A stretch of 64,000 nt of DNA from an uncultured bacterium (GCA_964560355.1 CAZLLI010000003.1:2711-66710), one strand, 5' to 3'; counted from the stretch's first letter, positions 1 to 12,241 are shown. Notes: generated from the sequence alone by a model not told the origin. Translations and numbers: made by a program.

Positions 1-162
1 GCCCACGATGAGCACGATGCTGCTCGGCGCGAGCGGGACCACGTCGTCGAGAATGTGCGCGATGATGGGCTTGCCGGCCACGTACAAGAGTGCCTTGGGG
101 AGCGTGTAGGTGTGCGGACGCAAGCGCGTGCCGATGCCGGCGGCGGGAATGATCGCTTTCAA
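1..162 (-). CDS. Sugar-1-phosphate nucleotidyltransferase (mannose-1-P guanylyl / glucose-1-P thymidylyl-transferase family), N-terminal fragment; continues beyond the window start
   Basis: Minus-strand translation from a TTG at 162-160 gives [40 protein letters not shown]..., the canonical NTP-transferase N-terminal GxGTRLxPxT motif. The start overlaps the stop of the upstream PGI/PMI gene. Confidence 0.45.
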   Translation of the reverse strand, partial: MKAIIPAAGIGTRLRPHTYTLPKALLYVAGKPIIAHILDDVVPLAPSSIVLIVG

Positions 163-1205
163 CGAGACATCTCCTTCTTGAGGGCGTCGATCTTCTTCAC
201 CGGTGTGGGGTCGACGCCGTTCAGGTACGCGAGGTACACGCTCGCGAAATCGCCGAGCAACATGGTCGACAGCATGCGAGACAAGCGCCCGCCCGCGGGC
301 GACTCGAAGCGCTCGATTCTACCCGCGAAGGGCTTCATGAGCGACAGCCCCACCTCGGTGTGGCGGCGCGTCATGGGGTGGTCGTCGCGATCCTCCAACG
401 AGCAGATGACCGCCTTCGCCATCACGTCGCCCACTTCCCAACCCACGATCTCGTTGTGGTTGAGCTCGGGGAAGAACGCGAAGTGCGCGAGCGTCTTCGC
501 GTTCTCGTTGAACTGGCACGACCACCGGCGCGCCACACCTTCGAGCAACGCGGGTGCGGCATATACGAAGGCAATCTTGCCGTGCAGCGTCTTGGCCAGG
601 GTGATCGCCGCATTGTCATTTCGCGACGGCGAGTAATCCGCGCAGCGCTCACGCGCAGCGCGCAACGCTTCCTCATACTCGGCGTCCTCGAAGGCGGCCG
701 CTCCGGCCGCCCGTAACACGTGCAGCATGGGCAGGAGCGAAAACCCGATGGCGGCGCGCGGGGGCATGCCCCCGGGGATGATACAGCACGGGACGCCGTC
801 GCGCTGGCAGCGCGCGGCCAATTCGCCGCCGCTCGTCACCGCGACCATCGCGGCCGCTACGCCGCGCGCGGCGTCGTAGGCCGCGAGCGTTTCGCCGGTG
901 TTGCCCGAATAGCTGGACGCGACGAACAGCGCGCCGCGCGCGACGTTCTTCGGGAGCGCGTAGTCGCGGCAGCTCACGATCGGTGACGTCGCGCGTTCGC
1001 CCAGGAACGACTTCGCGAGGTCGCCGCCGATGGCGGAACCGCCCATGCCCGCGACCACGACGCGCTCGAATTTTCTCGTGCGCAGCGGTTCCGCCGCGCG
1101 CGCGAAGCCCGCGCCCACCTTCCACGCCGCCTCCATCTGGTCCGGAAACGCCAGCACGCGCCCCAGCATGTCGGTGGCGTCGAAGCGGGTCCGCAGATCG
1201 TTCAT
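159..1205 (-). CDS. Bifunctional phosphoglucose/phosphomannose isomerase (SIS-domain PGI/PMI family)
   Basis: Conserved part starts [17 protein letters not shown]... (ATG at 1205), with SIS motif [15 protein letters not shown]. The listed 527-aa ORF is an upstream read-through across ptsI. The ptsI stop at 1208-1210 sits 2 nt before this ATG. Confidence 0.7.
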   Translation of the reverse strand: MNDLRTRFDATDMLGRVLAFPDQMEAAWKVGAGFARAAEPLRTRKFERVVVAGMGGSAIGGDLAKSFLGERATSPIVSCRDYALPKNVARGALFVASSYSGNTGETLAAYDAARGVAAAMVAVTSGGELAARCQRDGVPCCIIPGGMPPRAAIGFSLLPMLHVLRAAGAAAFEDAEYEEALRAARERCADYSPSRNDNAAITLAKTLHGKIAFVYAAPALLEGVARRWSCQFNENAKTLAHFAFFPELNHNEIVGWEVGDVMAKAVICSLEDRDDHPMTRRHTEVGLSLMKPFAGRIERFESPAGGRLSRMLSTMLLGDFASVYLAYLNGVDPTPVKKIDALKKEMSR

Positions 1206-1207
1206 GT

Positions 1208-2977
<1,770 letters not shown>

Positions 2978-2990
2978 AAGTGGCGTGGAC

Positions 2991-3257
2991 CTAATCCTCG
3001 TAGAACTTGGCGTCGAAGAGGGCCTCGAGGGCCTTGCGCGCGGCGGCTTCGTCGGGGCCCTCGATCTCGACGCGAACGTTGGCGCCGCGGGCCGCGGCCA
3101 GGCTGGCCAGCCCGAGGATGCTCTTGCCGTTCGCGTAGCGTTCGCCGTGGTAGACACGGATATCGCTCGTGAACTGCGCGGCGATCTTGACGAACTCCCC
3201 GGCCGCACGCAGGTGCAGGCCGATCTTGTTGCCGACTTGTTTCGTGAACTCGACCAT
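2991..3257 (-). CDS. ptsH: Phosphocarrier protein HPr, with both His15 and the regulatory Ser46 present
   Basis: 88 aa, MVEFTKQVGNKIGLHLRAAGEF...GKSILGLASL. GLHLR carries His15 and GKSILG carries Ser46. Confidence 0.9.
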   Translation of the reverse strand: MVEFTKQVGNKIGLHLRAAGEFVKIAAQFTSDIRVYHGERYANGKSILGLASLAAARGANVRVEIEGPDEAAARKALEALFDAKFYED

Positions 3258-3266
3258 GTGGGATTT

Positions 3267-4019
3267 CTATTTCACCAGCATCGCGACGACGACGACCAAC
3301 GGAAACAGGAGGATCGCGAGACGCGCCGCGTTCCACCCGCGCCGCAGCGCGAGCCACGCGAGCACCGTCGCCGCGACGACCAGCGCGAGGTGGCCGATCC
3401 CGTCCGCGTTCGCGCGCCGCGCCACCACCCCGACCAACACCCCGCCCGCGAGGGCGGCCAAGATGCGCGTCAGCATGACGACGCGTTGCACGCGCGGGCC
3501 CGTGAAGGCGTCGACGACGCCCCAGCCGCGCGCGTAACCGAAGCGAAGTCCCCACGCGCGCGCGGCCAGCAGGGCCGCGTTGTAGAGGACGACGATCGCG
3601 ACTAACCCCGTAAAAAAACTGTATATAGCAGACACTATCGCCAAAGTCAACGCGAGCGGCTTGAGCCCTCCCACCACCAGCACGTCGCCCATCGCGGCGA
3701 GGGCACTACACGCCGCTTGTTTGAAGCGCGACACCGGCGCCGGCGTCGCCGTGGCGCCGTCCTCCTCGATGCGCAGGACACCGCCCACCACGATCGGCAC
3801 CGCGTTCGGGTTGGTGTTGAAGTGATCGGCGTGGCGCGCGAGGAGCGCGCCAGGGTCTTGCGAGAGTTTCGGCGCGGCCGCGTCCAGCGCGTGCATGACG
3901 CCGATGTTCTGCATCCCCTTGCGATGGAGTGCGGCCTGCACGAAGAGGAGGCGCGCGAGCACCTTCGCCAAATCGCCGCGTTGGAGGCGGGCGCTCATCG
4001 CAGCCACCCCGCGATCCAT
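3267..4019 (-). CDS. PTS mannose/fructose/sorbose-family EIID component
   Basis: C-terminal 250 aa of ORF 3267..5081 (MDRGVAAMSARLQRGDLAKVLARLLFVQAALHRKGMQNIG...) aligns with ManZ-type IID. An alternative start is MSARLQ at 3998, which forms an ATGA overlap with the IIC stop. Confidence 0.7.
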   Translation of the reverse strand: MDRGVAAMSARLQRGDLAKVLARLLFVQAALHRKGMQNIGVMHALDAAAPKLSQDPGALLARHADHFNTNPNAVPIVVGGVLRIEEDGATATPAPVSRFKQAACSALAAMGDVLVVGGLKPLALTLAIVSAIYSFFTGLVAIVVLYNAALLAARAWGLRFGYARGWGVVDAFTGPRVQRVVMLTRILAALAGGVLVGVVARRANADGIGHLALVVAATVLAWLALRRGWNAARLAILLFPLVVVVAMLVK

Positions 4020-4699
4020 ACCGCCGCCGCGCCCACGACCACGTAGCGCACCAAGGCGCGCGTGCCGAATGCGCGCACGATGGCGGCGAGCCCGAGCGCG
4101 CCCACGCACGCGAGCCACCACACCGCTCCCGCGTTGGCGTCGGCGGGAAGGCGCGCGCCTACGAGGTGCACGACGCGCGTCGCGAGCGGGAGGAGCGCCA
4201 ACACGACCACGGCGTCGACCACTCCCACGAACAGCGCCGACGCGAATACCGTCCACGAGAGCTTGCGCGACGCCGCCGCGTACGGTTGGGGCGGAATCGG
4301 CGGCAAGCGGAAATTGCCCAGCCAGCGCTCGCGCCACTCGCCGCTTCGGCGCGCGACCACCGCGCCGATTTCGGCGGCCAAGAGCCCGGCCAGCACGCCC
4401 GCCGCGACCACCACACCCTCGCGCGGATCGCCGGTGCGCGCGAGCACCAGGCTCGCGGCGCCCGCGCCCACCACGCCCCCCACCACCGTGTTGGTGCGCC
4501 GCGTCCCGCGCGCGGCGCCGATCGAGAGCCACGCGAGCTGCAAGACCACGCCGACGCGCAGCGCCGGCTCGACCGTGCCGAGGAGCGCGCCCACGATCAG
4601 CGACGCGAAGACGGGTTCGCCGAGTAGGCTCTGCCACCCCGCGCGATCGTCGACAGCGAGCACTCCGGCGACGAGGGCGATGAGAACGACGTCGGGCAT
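3995..4699 (-). CDS. PTS mannose-family EIIC component
   Basis: 234-aa polytopic membrane protein (MPDVVLIALVAGVLAVDD...), sitting between IIB and IID. Confidence 0.75.
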   Translation of the reverse strand: MPDVVLIALVAGVLAVDDRAGWQSLLGEPVFASLIVGALLGTVEPALRVGVVLQLAWLSIGAARGTRRTNTVVGGVVGAGAASLVLARTGDPREGVVVAAGVLAGLLAAEIGAVVARRSGEWRERWLGNFRLPPIPPQPYAAASRKLSWTVFASALFVGVVDAVVVLALLPLATRVVHLVGARLPADANAGAVWWLACVGALGLAAIVRAFGTRALVRYVVVGAAAVWIAGWLR

Positions 4700-4702
4700 G
4701 CG

Positions 4703-5179
4703 TTACACGACCAGCGAGTTGATGACGCGCGCAGCGTTGGAGGGGACGTCTTGGGCCGAGAGCACCACACCGCGCTTGACCAGCTCGCGCAGGAACGTTT
4801 TTTCTTCCGGCGTCACGTACACGAACGGCAAGAGTTCGACGGAGCCTTCGCGGTAGTGGAGCCCGCCCACGTTGACTTCGCGCAGCGCGATGCCCCCCGC
4901 CACCAGCTTGCACGCGTCTTCGGCGGATTCGACCAGCACCAGCAATTGCTCGCCGGCGAGCGGCTCGACCAGAATCTGCTGCGCCGCTTCCGCGACGGCG
5001 AAGAACGACGTGCGCACCTCGGGCGGCACGCACGACGCGTAGAAGCGGCGCTCCCAGTCGTTGGCGGCGACGCGGTCGCACGCGACCACGATGCGGTCGG
5101 GCTTCACCACCGGCACCCAGCCCAACACGACTTGGCCGTGGATGAGACGGTCGTCGATCCGGGCGAGCTTGACGGGCAT
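4703..5179 (-). CDS. PTS mannose-family EIIB component
   Basis: MPVKLARIDDRLIHGQVVLGWV... carries the RIDDRLIHGQ phospho-His signature of sorbose/mannose-type IIB. Confidence 0.8.
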   Translation of the reverse strand: MPVKLARIDDRLIHGQVVLGWVPVVKPDRIVVACDRVAANDWERRFYASCVPPEVRTSFFAVAEAAQQILVEPLAGEQLLVLVESAEDACKLVAGGIALREVNVGGLHYREGSVELLPFVYVTPEEKTFLRELVKRGVVLSAQDVPSNAARVINSLVV

Positions 5180-5184
5180 GGTGG

Positions 5185-5580
5185 TTAGATTTGGTCGGTG
5201 TCGACGGCGTGGATGCTGTCGCGGCCGCGGGAGGCGAGCTCGGCGGGCAGGCGCTCGAAGCTGACGTCGGCGCGTTTATTGAGGAAGGCGAGCAGCATGG
5301 GCAGGTTGACGCCGGAGACCACGCGCACGTTGCGGCGCCGGCGTTCGACCGACAGCGTCGCGTGACCGCAGCTGCCGCCCAGGAAGTCGACCAGGATCAC
5401 GAAACTGTCGTCGGGGCCGCCCGCCTCGATGATAGCGTCGATCTGCGACGACAGCGCCTGCGGCGTGGTGTCGTCGTTGGAAACCGCGTACACGCCCTTC
5501 ACGTTGCCGTAGATCTTCTGCGCGGTGGCGATGAATTCTTGCGCGAGCTTTCCGTGGGTGACGACGATCGCTGCAATCAT
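5185..5580 (-). CDS. PTS mannose-family EIIA component
   Basis: MIAAIVVTHGKLAQEF... (His10 in VTHG); EIIA-Man fold pattern ...VDFLGGS...GVNLPML. Confidence 0.75.
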   Translation of the reverse strand: MIAAIVVTHGKLAQEFIATAQKIYGNVKGVYAVSNDDTTPQALSSQIDAIIEAGGPDDSFVILVDFLGGSCGHATLSVERRRRNVRVVSGVNLPMLLAFLNKRADVSFERLPAELASRGRDSIHAVDTDQI

Positions 5581-5596
5581 CTTGGTACGTTACGCG

Positions 5597-6580
<984 letters not shown>

Positions 6581-6599
6581 GGCGTCGACGTCCTCGCGG

Positions 6600-6938
6600 C
6601 TACTCGCCCTCGGCCACGTTGCCGGAGGCTTCGCCCAGCCCGCGCGCGCGCTTGCGCCGCTTCAGCTTGCCGTTGTGGCGTTTGAGCTGCTCTTCCAGCT
6701 TTTCCACCGCGCGGTCGACGGAGAGGTACATGTCTTCCGATTCCTGCATGGTGACGAAGTCTTTGCCGTTCACGTGCAGCGTGATTTCGACGCGCTGCCG
6801 GTACTTCTCGATCGAGAAGATCAGGTGCGCGTTGACGATGTGGTCGAAGTATTTCTTCAAGCTATGCACCTTGCCCTCGGCGTAATCCTTGAGCGAGGGT
6901 GCCAGGTCGTAGTGTCGTGCGGTCGTAGTAATGTTCAT
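6600..6938 (-). CDS. hpf: Ribosome hibernation promoting factor (sigma-54 modulation protein family)
   Basis: MNITTTARHYDLAPSLKDYAEGKVHSLKKYFDHIVNAHLIFSIEKYRQRVEITLHVNGKD... Trimmed to the ATG at 6938, which is preceded by an AAAGGGG Shine-Dalgarno. Confidence 0.85.
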   Translation of the reverse strand: MNITTTARHYDLAPSLKDYAEGKVHSLKKYFDHIVNAHLIFSIEKYRQRVEITLHVNGKDFVTMQESEDMYLSVDRAVEKLEEQLKRHNGKLKRRKRARGLGEASGNVAEGE

Positions 6939-7139
6939 GACGACCCCTTTCTCTATGACGACATACCCCGGACGCGGGAATCGATTCCCCGCAACCGGTG
7001 CGACGACGGAAACCAACACGTCGTGGCGGGCGGAGTGCCCATCGATTTGAGGGAGGAACACGGCGATCGGACGCCGGCTTGGGAAGGGTGTATACGCTCG
7101 TCTCGTTGACGTTGCGACGTGTGTCATTTCGCTGCTTCG

Positions 7140-7168
7140 AATATACGCCCGCCGACCGCCGGTGGCAA
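7140..7168 (-). promoter_or_regulatory. Sigma-70-type promoter candidate for hpf-hprK-PTS (TTGCCA-17 nt-TATATT on the minus strand)
   Basis: The reverse complement of 7140..7168 reads TTGCCAccggcggtcggcgggcgTATATT; ~190-nt leader before hpf. Confidence 0.4.
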
Positions 7169-7202
7169 GTCATTGGTTGACGGCGCCGGCGAGCGCGTTT
7201 CC

Positions 7203-8696
7203 CTAGTACTGCTTGCGCATGCGCGCGGGCAAGATGTTGAGCTGCTCGCGATACTTTGCCACCGTGCGGCGCGCGATGTTCAACCCTTCCTTCTTGAGCA
7301 TGTCCGCGATCTTCTGGTCCGAGAGCGGCGTGCGGTCGGTCTCGGCCTCGATGATGCGGCGAATCTTGTCCTTGGCGCTCTTGGCGGAGACTTCGCCGCC
7401 GTCCTGCGTCCCCAGGCTCGAGGAGAAGAAGAACTTCAGCTCGAACACGCCGCGCGGCGTCTGCACGTACTTGTTGGTGGTGACGCGGCTCACGGTCGAC
7501 TCGTGCATGTTGATCTCGCTCGCCACCTGCTGCAGCGTGAGGGGTTTCAAGAATGCGGTCCCTTTGTCGAAGAACTCGCGCTGCTTGCGCACGATGCACT
7601 CCATCACCTTGACCATGGTGCGGCGGCGTTGCTCGATGGTCTGGATCAGCCACTTGGCCGACTTCAGGCGCGCGTTGATGAACTCGCGCGCTTCGCTATC
7701 GCCGTCGCGCACTTCGCGCATCAATTCGTCGTGATAGTGCTGGCTCACGCGCAGGCGCGGGATATTGCGGTCGTTCAGGTACACCACGTACTTGCCGTCG
7801 ATGTTCTCGACGATCAGGTCGGGGATGACGTACTTGGGATCCTCCGCCACCACTTCGAGCCCTGGCTTGGGGTCGAGCGTGCTGATGAGCTTGCACTGGT
7901 CCTGCACGTCCTGCACCGAGACGCGCAGCTTGCGCGCGATGTCGACGTACTTCTTCTGCTTGAACTCGTCGAAGTGGTCGCGAATGATGGCGGCCGCGTG
8001 CGAGTCGGAGAGCCCGCGGAACTTGAGCTGGAGCAACAGGCACTCTTGCAGGTTGCGCGCGCCCACGCCGGGGGGGTCGAAGGCCTGGATGATCTCGAGC
8101 ACGCGGTCGACGTCTTCGACCGGCACGCCGAAGGTGTTCGCAACTTCTTCGAGATCGCACGTGAGGTAGCCGCTTTCGTCGAGCGAGCCGATCAAGTAGT
8201 CGCCGATGGCGAGCATCTTGGCGTCGTCGGTTTGGATGCGCAGCTGCCCCATCAACTGGTCGGTGAAGCTGCGCTTGGCCACCGGCACTTTCTCGAAGAA
8301 CTCTTCCTTTTGTTCTTCTTCCGCCCCCGCGCGCCCGATCTCGAAGCCGTCGTTGAAGTACTCGTCCCAGTCGACGCGCTCGTCGCCCGCTTCGCCGCCC
8401 TCGGGCTTGGCTTCGACGGGCTCGTCGGCCGGCGCCGCGGGCGCCTCCGCGATGGTTTCCGCGGGCGCCGCGACCTCGCCGTCCCCGTCTTCCGACCCTT
8501 CCGCGGCCTGTTCGGTTTCTTCGATCTCTTCGTACTCCTCCACTTCCTCGAGCAGAGGATTCTCCATGATCTCTTGCTTCAGCATTTGCTGGAGCTCGAT
8601 CGCGGGCATCTGCAAGAGCTTCAGCGCCTGCTGGAGCTTCGGCGTCATCACCAGCTGTTGTCTTTGCCGTAGGTGCAGCCCGATCTTCATGTCCAT
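7203..8696 (-). CDS. rpoN: RNA polymerase sigma-54 factor
   Basis: MDMKIGLHLRQRQQLVMTPKLQQALKLLQMP... with a C-terminal RpoN box ARRTVAKYRE. The true start may be M3 at 8690. Confidence 0.9.
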   Translation of the reverse strand: MDMKIGLHLRQRQQLVMTPKLQQALKLLQMPAIELQQMLKQEIMENPLLEEVEEYEEIEETEQAAEGSEDGDGEVAAPAETIAEAPAAPADEPVEAKPEGGEAGDERVDWDEYFNDGFEIGRAGAEEEQKEEFFEKVPVAKRSFTDQLMGQLRIQTDDAKMLAIGDYLIGSLDESGYLTCDLEEVANTFGVPVEDVDRVLEIIQAFDPPGVGARNLQECLLLQLKFRGLSDSHAAAIIRDHFDEFKQKKYVDIARKLRVSVQDVQDQCKLISTLDPKPGLEVVAEDPKYVIPDLIVENIDGKYVVYLNDRNIPRLRVSQHYHDELMREVRDGDSEAREFINARLKSAKWLIQTIEQRRRTMVKVMECIVRKQREFFDKGTAFLKPLTLQQVASEINMHESTVSRVTTNKYVQTPRGVFELKFFFSSSLGTQDGGEVSAKSAKDKIRRIIEAETDRTPLSDQKIADMLKKEGLNIARRTVAKYREQLNILPARMRKQY

Positions 8697-8719
8697 AGGT
8701 ACGTCGTCCTCGCGTAGAC

Positions 8720-9466
8720 CTAGAGCCTGAACGAATTGCCGAGATAGATCTCGCGCACTTCGGTGTCGGCCGCGAGCTCCGCGGCGGTTCCCTGTCGCTT
8801 GATGCTGCCTTCGTACATGACGTAGGCGCGGTCGGTGATACTCAGCGTATCGCGCACGTTGTGGTCGGTGATGAGCACGCCGAGCCCCTGGTCCTTGAGC
8901 TTGCGCACGATGCCCTGCAGGTCCTGCACGGCGATGGGGTCGATGCCGGCGAAGGGCTCGTCGAGCAGCATGAACTTCGGGCGCGCGACCAGCGCGCGCG
9001 TGATTTCGACGCGGCGTCGCTCGCCGCCCGAGAGCTGGTATCCCATCGACTTGCGAATGTGGCTGATGTCGAGCTGCTCGAGCAGCCCGTCGAGCACCGC
9101 CTTGCGCTCCGAGCGCGCGTACGACATGGTCTCGATCACCGCCATCAAATTGTCCTCCACGCTCAAGCCGCGAAAGATCGACGGCTCTTGCGGCAGATAC
9201 CCGATGCCGAGGCGCGCGCGCTTGTACATCGGCATGTGGGTAATGTCGGCGGCGTCGAGCAGAATGCGTCCCTCGTTGGGCCGAATCATCCCCACGATCA
9301 TGTAGAAGGTCGTGGTCTTCCCCGCGCCGTTGGGCCCGAGCAGACCGACCACTTCGCCGCCGTTGACCTCGACGCTGACGCCGTTCACGACGCGGCGGCG
9401 CCCGTAGGTCTTAGCCACGCCGTCGGTGGCGAGTCGCGCGCGCGCTGTGGCGGTCACCGTGTCCAT
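8720..9466 (-). CDS. lptB: LPS export ABC transporter ATP-binding protein
   Basis: GPNGAGKTT Walker A, LSGGERRR signature. Trimmed to the ATG at 9466 ([22 protein letters not shown]...), which has a GCGAGG SD and lies 10 nt after the upstream gene's stop. Confidence 0.85.
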   Translation of the reverse strand: MDTVTATARARLATDGVAKTYGRRRVVNGVSVEVNGGEVVGLLGPNGAGKTTTFYMIVGMIRPNEGRILLDAADITHMPMYKRARLGIGYLPQEPSIFRGLSVEDNLMAVIETMSYARSERKAVLDGLLEQLDISHIRKSMGYQLSGGERRRVEITRALVARPKFMLLDEPFAGIDPIAVQDLQGIVRKLKDQGLGVLITDHNVRDTLSITDRAYVMYEGSIKRQGTAAELAADTEVREIYLGNSFRL

Positions 9467-9476
9467 CGGCGCCTCG

Positions 9477-10037
9477 CTAGCGGGTGATATCGTCGAGCTT
9501 TCCATCTTCTTCCAGGATCCGCGCCCGCACGTCCTTCTTGATGTCGACTGACTCCAGCGTGTGATCGCATTCGAGTCCGATTCCGGTCAGCACGTCCTTG
9601 CCGCGCGTGAGCTTCACGAAGCTGTCGCTCACGATCTTGTCGCTCTCGTTCAGGTAGCGCAGCGTGTCCGTCTCCAGCACTTCGCCCTTGAACGTTACTG
9701 CGACCACGTTGCCGTAGGCCAGCATGTCGTGCGTCGCGAGCGAATATTCGCCGTTGTCGGCCGTCAGCGTCGTCTGCAAGTTGCCCATCTCGTCGTAGAA
9801 CTCGATGGTCGGGTCCGACATCACGAACACGTTGCGCGCGTTGTAGCGGTCCGCGCGCGGCGCCGTCACCGTCCACGCCACCCGTCCGCTGTCCGACTCC
9901 TGGGTGCGAAAGTCGGTGACGGTTTCGTCGGGCATTTCCGCCTGCACCGACGACGTCTTCTTGGCTTCGTCGTCGCACGCGAGCGCGAGGAAAAGCGCCC
10001 CCGCGATCGCCAGCGCGACGCTACCCCTGCGCCGCAT
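9477..10037 (-). CDS. LptC/LptA-like (OstA-fold) periplasmic LPS-transport protein, lipoprotein-anchored
   Basis: 186 aa; lipobox LALAC; OstA/LptC-like pattern; sits between the lpxL-like gene and lptB. Confidence 0.5.
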   Translation of the reverse strand: MRRRGSVALAIAGALFLALACDDEAKKTSSVQAEMPDETVTDFRTQESDSGRVAWTVTAPRADRYNARNVFVMSDPTIEFYDEMGNLQTTLTADNGEYSLATHDMLAYGNVVAVTFKGEVLETDTLRYLNESDKIVSDSFVKLTRGKDVLTGIGLECDHTLESVDIKKDVRARILEEDGKLDDITR

Positions 10038-11031
10038 ACGCCACCCGCGCCCCTTCGTCCTCGCTCGGTTCGCGCCAGCGGTGGTGGAACCACACCCACT
10101 GGGCCGGGTCGAGCCGAATCAATCGTTCCACCGCGAGCGAGCACTCGCTGGTGATCGCGCGCACCGCCGCGTCCTTGTTCGACGCCGCGCGCGCGATGTC
10201 GTCGACCGCGATCGCGGGCGACACCTGCACGCGATGGCGGCCGTCGTGCTGCCGGTAGATCCCCATCGGCACGATGGCCGCTCCGCTCGCCAGCGCGATC
10301 TTCGCCACCGCGGTCGGCGTGTAGGCCGGGCGGTCGAAGAACGGCACATACATCCCCGCCACGCTGGTGTGCTGGTCGATCAGCACGCCCAAGATCTCGC
10401 CGCGCTTGAGCGGCTCGAGCATGCGGCGCGGGTTGTCGTCGCGGTCGATGGACGTGACACCCACCGACGCGCGCATCGCGACCAGCTTTGCGTTCAGCCG
10501 CTCCGACTTCATGCGCCTCGCGACCACCGACACCGGATAGCCGATGTTCACGAAGTACGCGGGCAAGAGCTCCCAGCACCCGATGTGGCCCGTAATCACC
10601 ACGACGCCGTTGCCCGCGCGGCGGGCGTCGAGAAAGTGCTCCATGCCGTCGACACGTTCGACGCTGGCGCGGATCTCCTCCGGCGACATCCCGGAAAGGC
10701 GCAGGGCGTCGAACGAATTCCGCCCCAGCGCCTTGAAGCTCGCGCGAGCGAGCGCGTCGCGCACCGGCGCGGGCGCATCGGGGAACGCGACCGCGAGATT
10801 CTCGATCGCGCGCAGCCGGTCGCGGTCGAAGACGCGGGCCGCCGCCGCTCCGAACACCGCGAACAGCGCCGCCCCCGCTCGCCGCGGCAACATGCGGGCG
10901 AAGCCGAACAAGGCGTTGACCAAGGCGACTTCGCCGGCGCGTTTGACTTTCTTCCGCGTCCGCACTCCCGCACCCCACGGATCGTGCTCAAAAACCATCC
11001 GCTCGACCATCGTCGAAGCGGTCAAAACCAT
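10021..11031 (-). CDS. Lipid A biosynthesis lauroyl/myristoyl acyltransferase (LpxL/HtrB family)
   Basis: 336 aa with HtrB-family similarity throughout (…VVITGHIGCWELLPAYF… HX4D-like region). Alternative ATG starts at 11010 and 10998. Confidence 0.75.
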   Translation of the reverse strand: MVLTASTMVERMVFEHDPWGAGVRTRKKVKRAGEVALVNALFGFARMLPRRAGAALFAVFGAAAARVFDRDRLRAIENLAVAFPDAPAPVRDALARASFKALGRNSFDALRLSGMSPEEIRASVERVDGMEHFLDARRAGNGVVVITGHIGCWELLPAYFVNIGYPVSVVARRMKSERLNAKLVAMRASVGVTSIDRDDNPRRMLEPLKRGEILGVLIDQHTSVAGMYVPFFDRPAYTPTAVAKIALASGAAIVPMGIYRQHDGRHRVQVSPAIAVDDIARAASNKDAAVRAITSECSLAVERLIRLDPAQWVWFHHRWREPSEDEGARVAYAAQG

Positions 11032-11043
11032 TCACTTGCAACT

Positions 11044-11071
11044 AGTTAGCACAATCCAGGGGGGCTGTCAA
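11044..11071 (-). promoter_or_regulatory. Sigma-70-like promoter candidate (TTGACA-17-TAACTA) overlapping the sigma-54 -12 element
   Basis: Minus strand: cgTTGCTTGACAgcccccctggattgtgcTAACTAgt. Confidence 0.3.
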
Positions 11072-11087
11072 GCAACGAGTGTGCCAA
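11071..11087 (-). promoter_or_regulatory. Sigma-54 (-24/-12) promoter: TGGCAC-N5-TTGC, upstream of lpxL-lptC-lptB-rpoN
   Basis: The reverse complement of 11061..11090 is TCTTTGGCACACTCGTTGCTTGACAGCCCC. The GG and GC elements have canonical spacing, about 40-55 nt upstream of the lpxL start. Confidence 0.5.
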
Positions 11088-11110
11088 AGAGCGGAACGAT
11101 GAGGAGTTAC

Positions 11111-11127
11111 GAGCCCCGACGGGGCTC
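11111..11127 (-). terminator. Hairpin (GAGCCCC-gac-GGGGCTC) about 45 nt downstream of kdsD; candidate attenuator/terminator
   Basis: Perfect 7-bp GC stem, no U-tract. Confidence 0.3.
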
Positions 11128-11172
11128 CACGAGGAAGCACGCGGACACTTCATGGCAGATCTCGCGGAAGGA

Positions 11173-12183
11173 CTATTCGGCGCGCAGGCCCGCGCGCAGG
11201 ATGTCGTGCAAGTGCAAGAGGCCGATGGGGCGTCCCTCGCCGTCGACGACGAAGTACATGAGGAGCGGTCCCGGCATGTTGAGCTCCATCTTGGCCAGCG
11301 CGTCGGCCGCGAGAACGGCGGGGTCGATGGTCTTGGGCGCGCGCGTCATCACGTCCACCACCGGCAGTTCGAGCGCGTCGTCGCGGTGCGCGAGGATGCG
11401 TTTCAGATCGCCGTCGGTGATGATGCCGGTCAAGCGCCCGCGCGCGTCGACCACGCCCGTGCAACCGATGCTCTTCTCCATGATCTCGAACAGCGCTTCG
11501 CGCAGCGACGTCGACTCGCGCACGACCGGCACGGCGTTTCCAGTCCGCATCACTTCGCCCACCGTCACGTTCAACCGGCGCCCCAGCATGCCGCCGGGGT
11601 GCGTGCGCGCGAATTCCTCCGCGGTGATTCCCTTCTTCTCCATGAGGGCGCTCGCCAGCACATGGCCGAGCACGAGCGACACCGTGGCGCTGGTGGTGGG
11701 CGCGAGGCCCAGGCACCCCGCTTCCTGCGTGGCGTCAAACTCGAGCACGATGTCGCTGTGCTGCGCGAGGTAGGAACTGCGCGAGGCCGTCATCGCGATG
11801 AGCGGCACGCCCAGCTTCTTGAGCGCCGGCACGAAGTCGCGCAGCTCGTCGCCCATGCCGCTCTTCGAGATGATGATGACGACGTCGCCGGGGTGCACGA
11901 GACCGAGGTCGCCGTGGGAGGCTTCGAACGCGTGCACGTAGAAGCTCGGCGTCCCCGTCGACGTGAGCGTGCTCGCGATCTTCTTCGCGATCTGCCCCGA
12001 CTTGCCGACGCCGGAGACGATGAGGCGGCCGCGGCACGCGAGGATGACGTCGACCGCTTGCGCCAATTCGGGACCCAGGCGGTCGCGCAGCGTCTTCAGC
12101 CCCGCGATCTCGTCGTCGATCACGCGGCGGGCGTTGGCCACCAGTTCGTCGGCGTGGCTTCGTTTTTCGGTTTTCACGGCCAT
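11173..12183 (-). CDS. kdsD: Arabinose-5-phosphate isomerase (SIS + tandem CBS)
   Basis: …IVSGVGKSGQIAKKIASTLTSTGTPSFYVH… and C-terminal CBS pair. The ORF's listed start at 12222 is a GTG; the ATG at 12183 (MAVKTEKRS...) is more likely. Confidence 0.85.
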   Translation of the reverse strand: MAVKTEKRSHADELVANARRVIDDEIAGLKTLRDRLGPELAQAVDVILACRGRLIVSGVGKSGQIAKKIASTLTSTGTPSFYVHAFEASHGDLGLVHPGDVVIIISKSGMGDELRDFVPALKKLGVPLIAMTASRSSYLAQHSDIVLEFDATQEAGCLGLAPTTSATVSLVLGHVLASALMEKKGITAEEFARTHPGGMLGRRLNVTVGEVMRTGNAVPVVRESTSLREALFEIMEKSIGCTGVVDARGRLTGIITDGDLKRILAHRDDALELPVVDVMTRAPKTIDPAVLAADALAKMELNMPGPLLMYFVVDGEGRPIGLLHLHDILRAGLRAE

Positions 12184-12241
12184 GAGAGTACCACAACCGG
12201 CGTCGGCGCCACGACCACTCACGACGAGTTCGACGGGCGGC

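Noticed and set aside
6998-7180. 60-aa ORF in the rpoN-hpf intergenic region
   Set aside because: Arg-rich, no SD, and it overlaps the predicted promoter. Likely non-coding.
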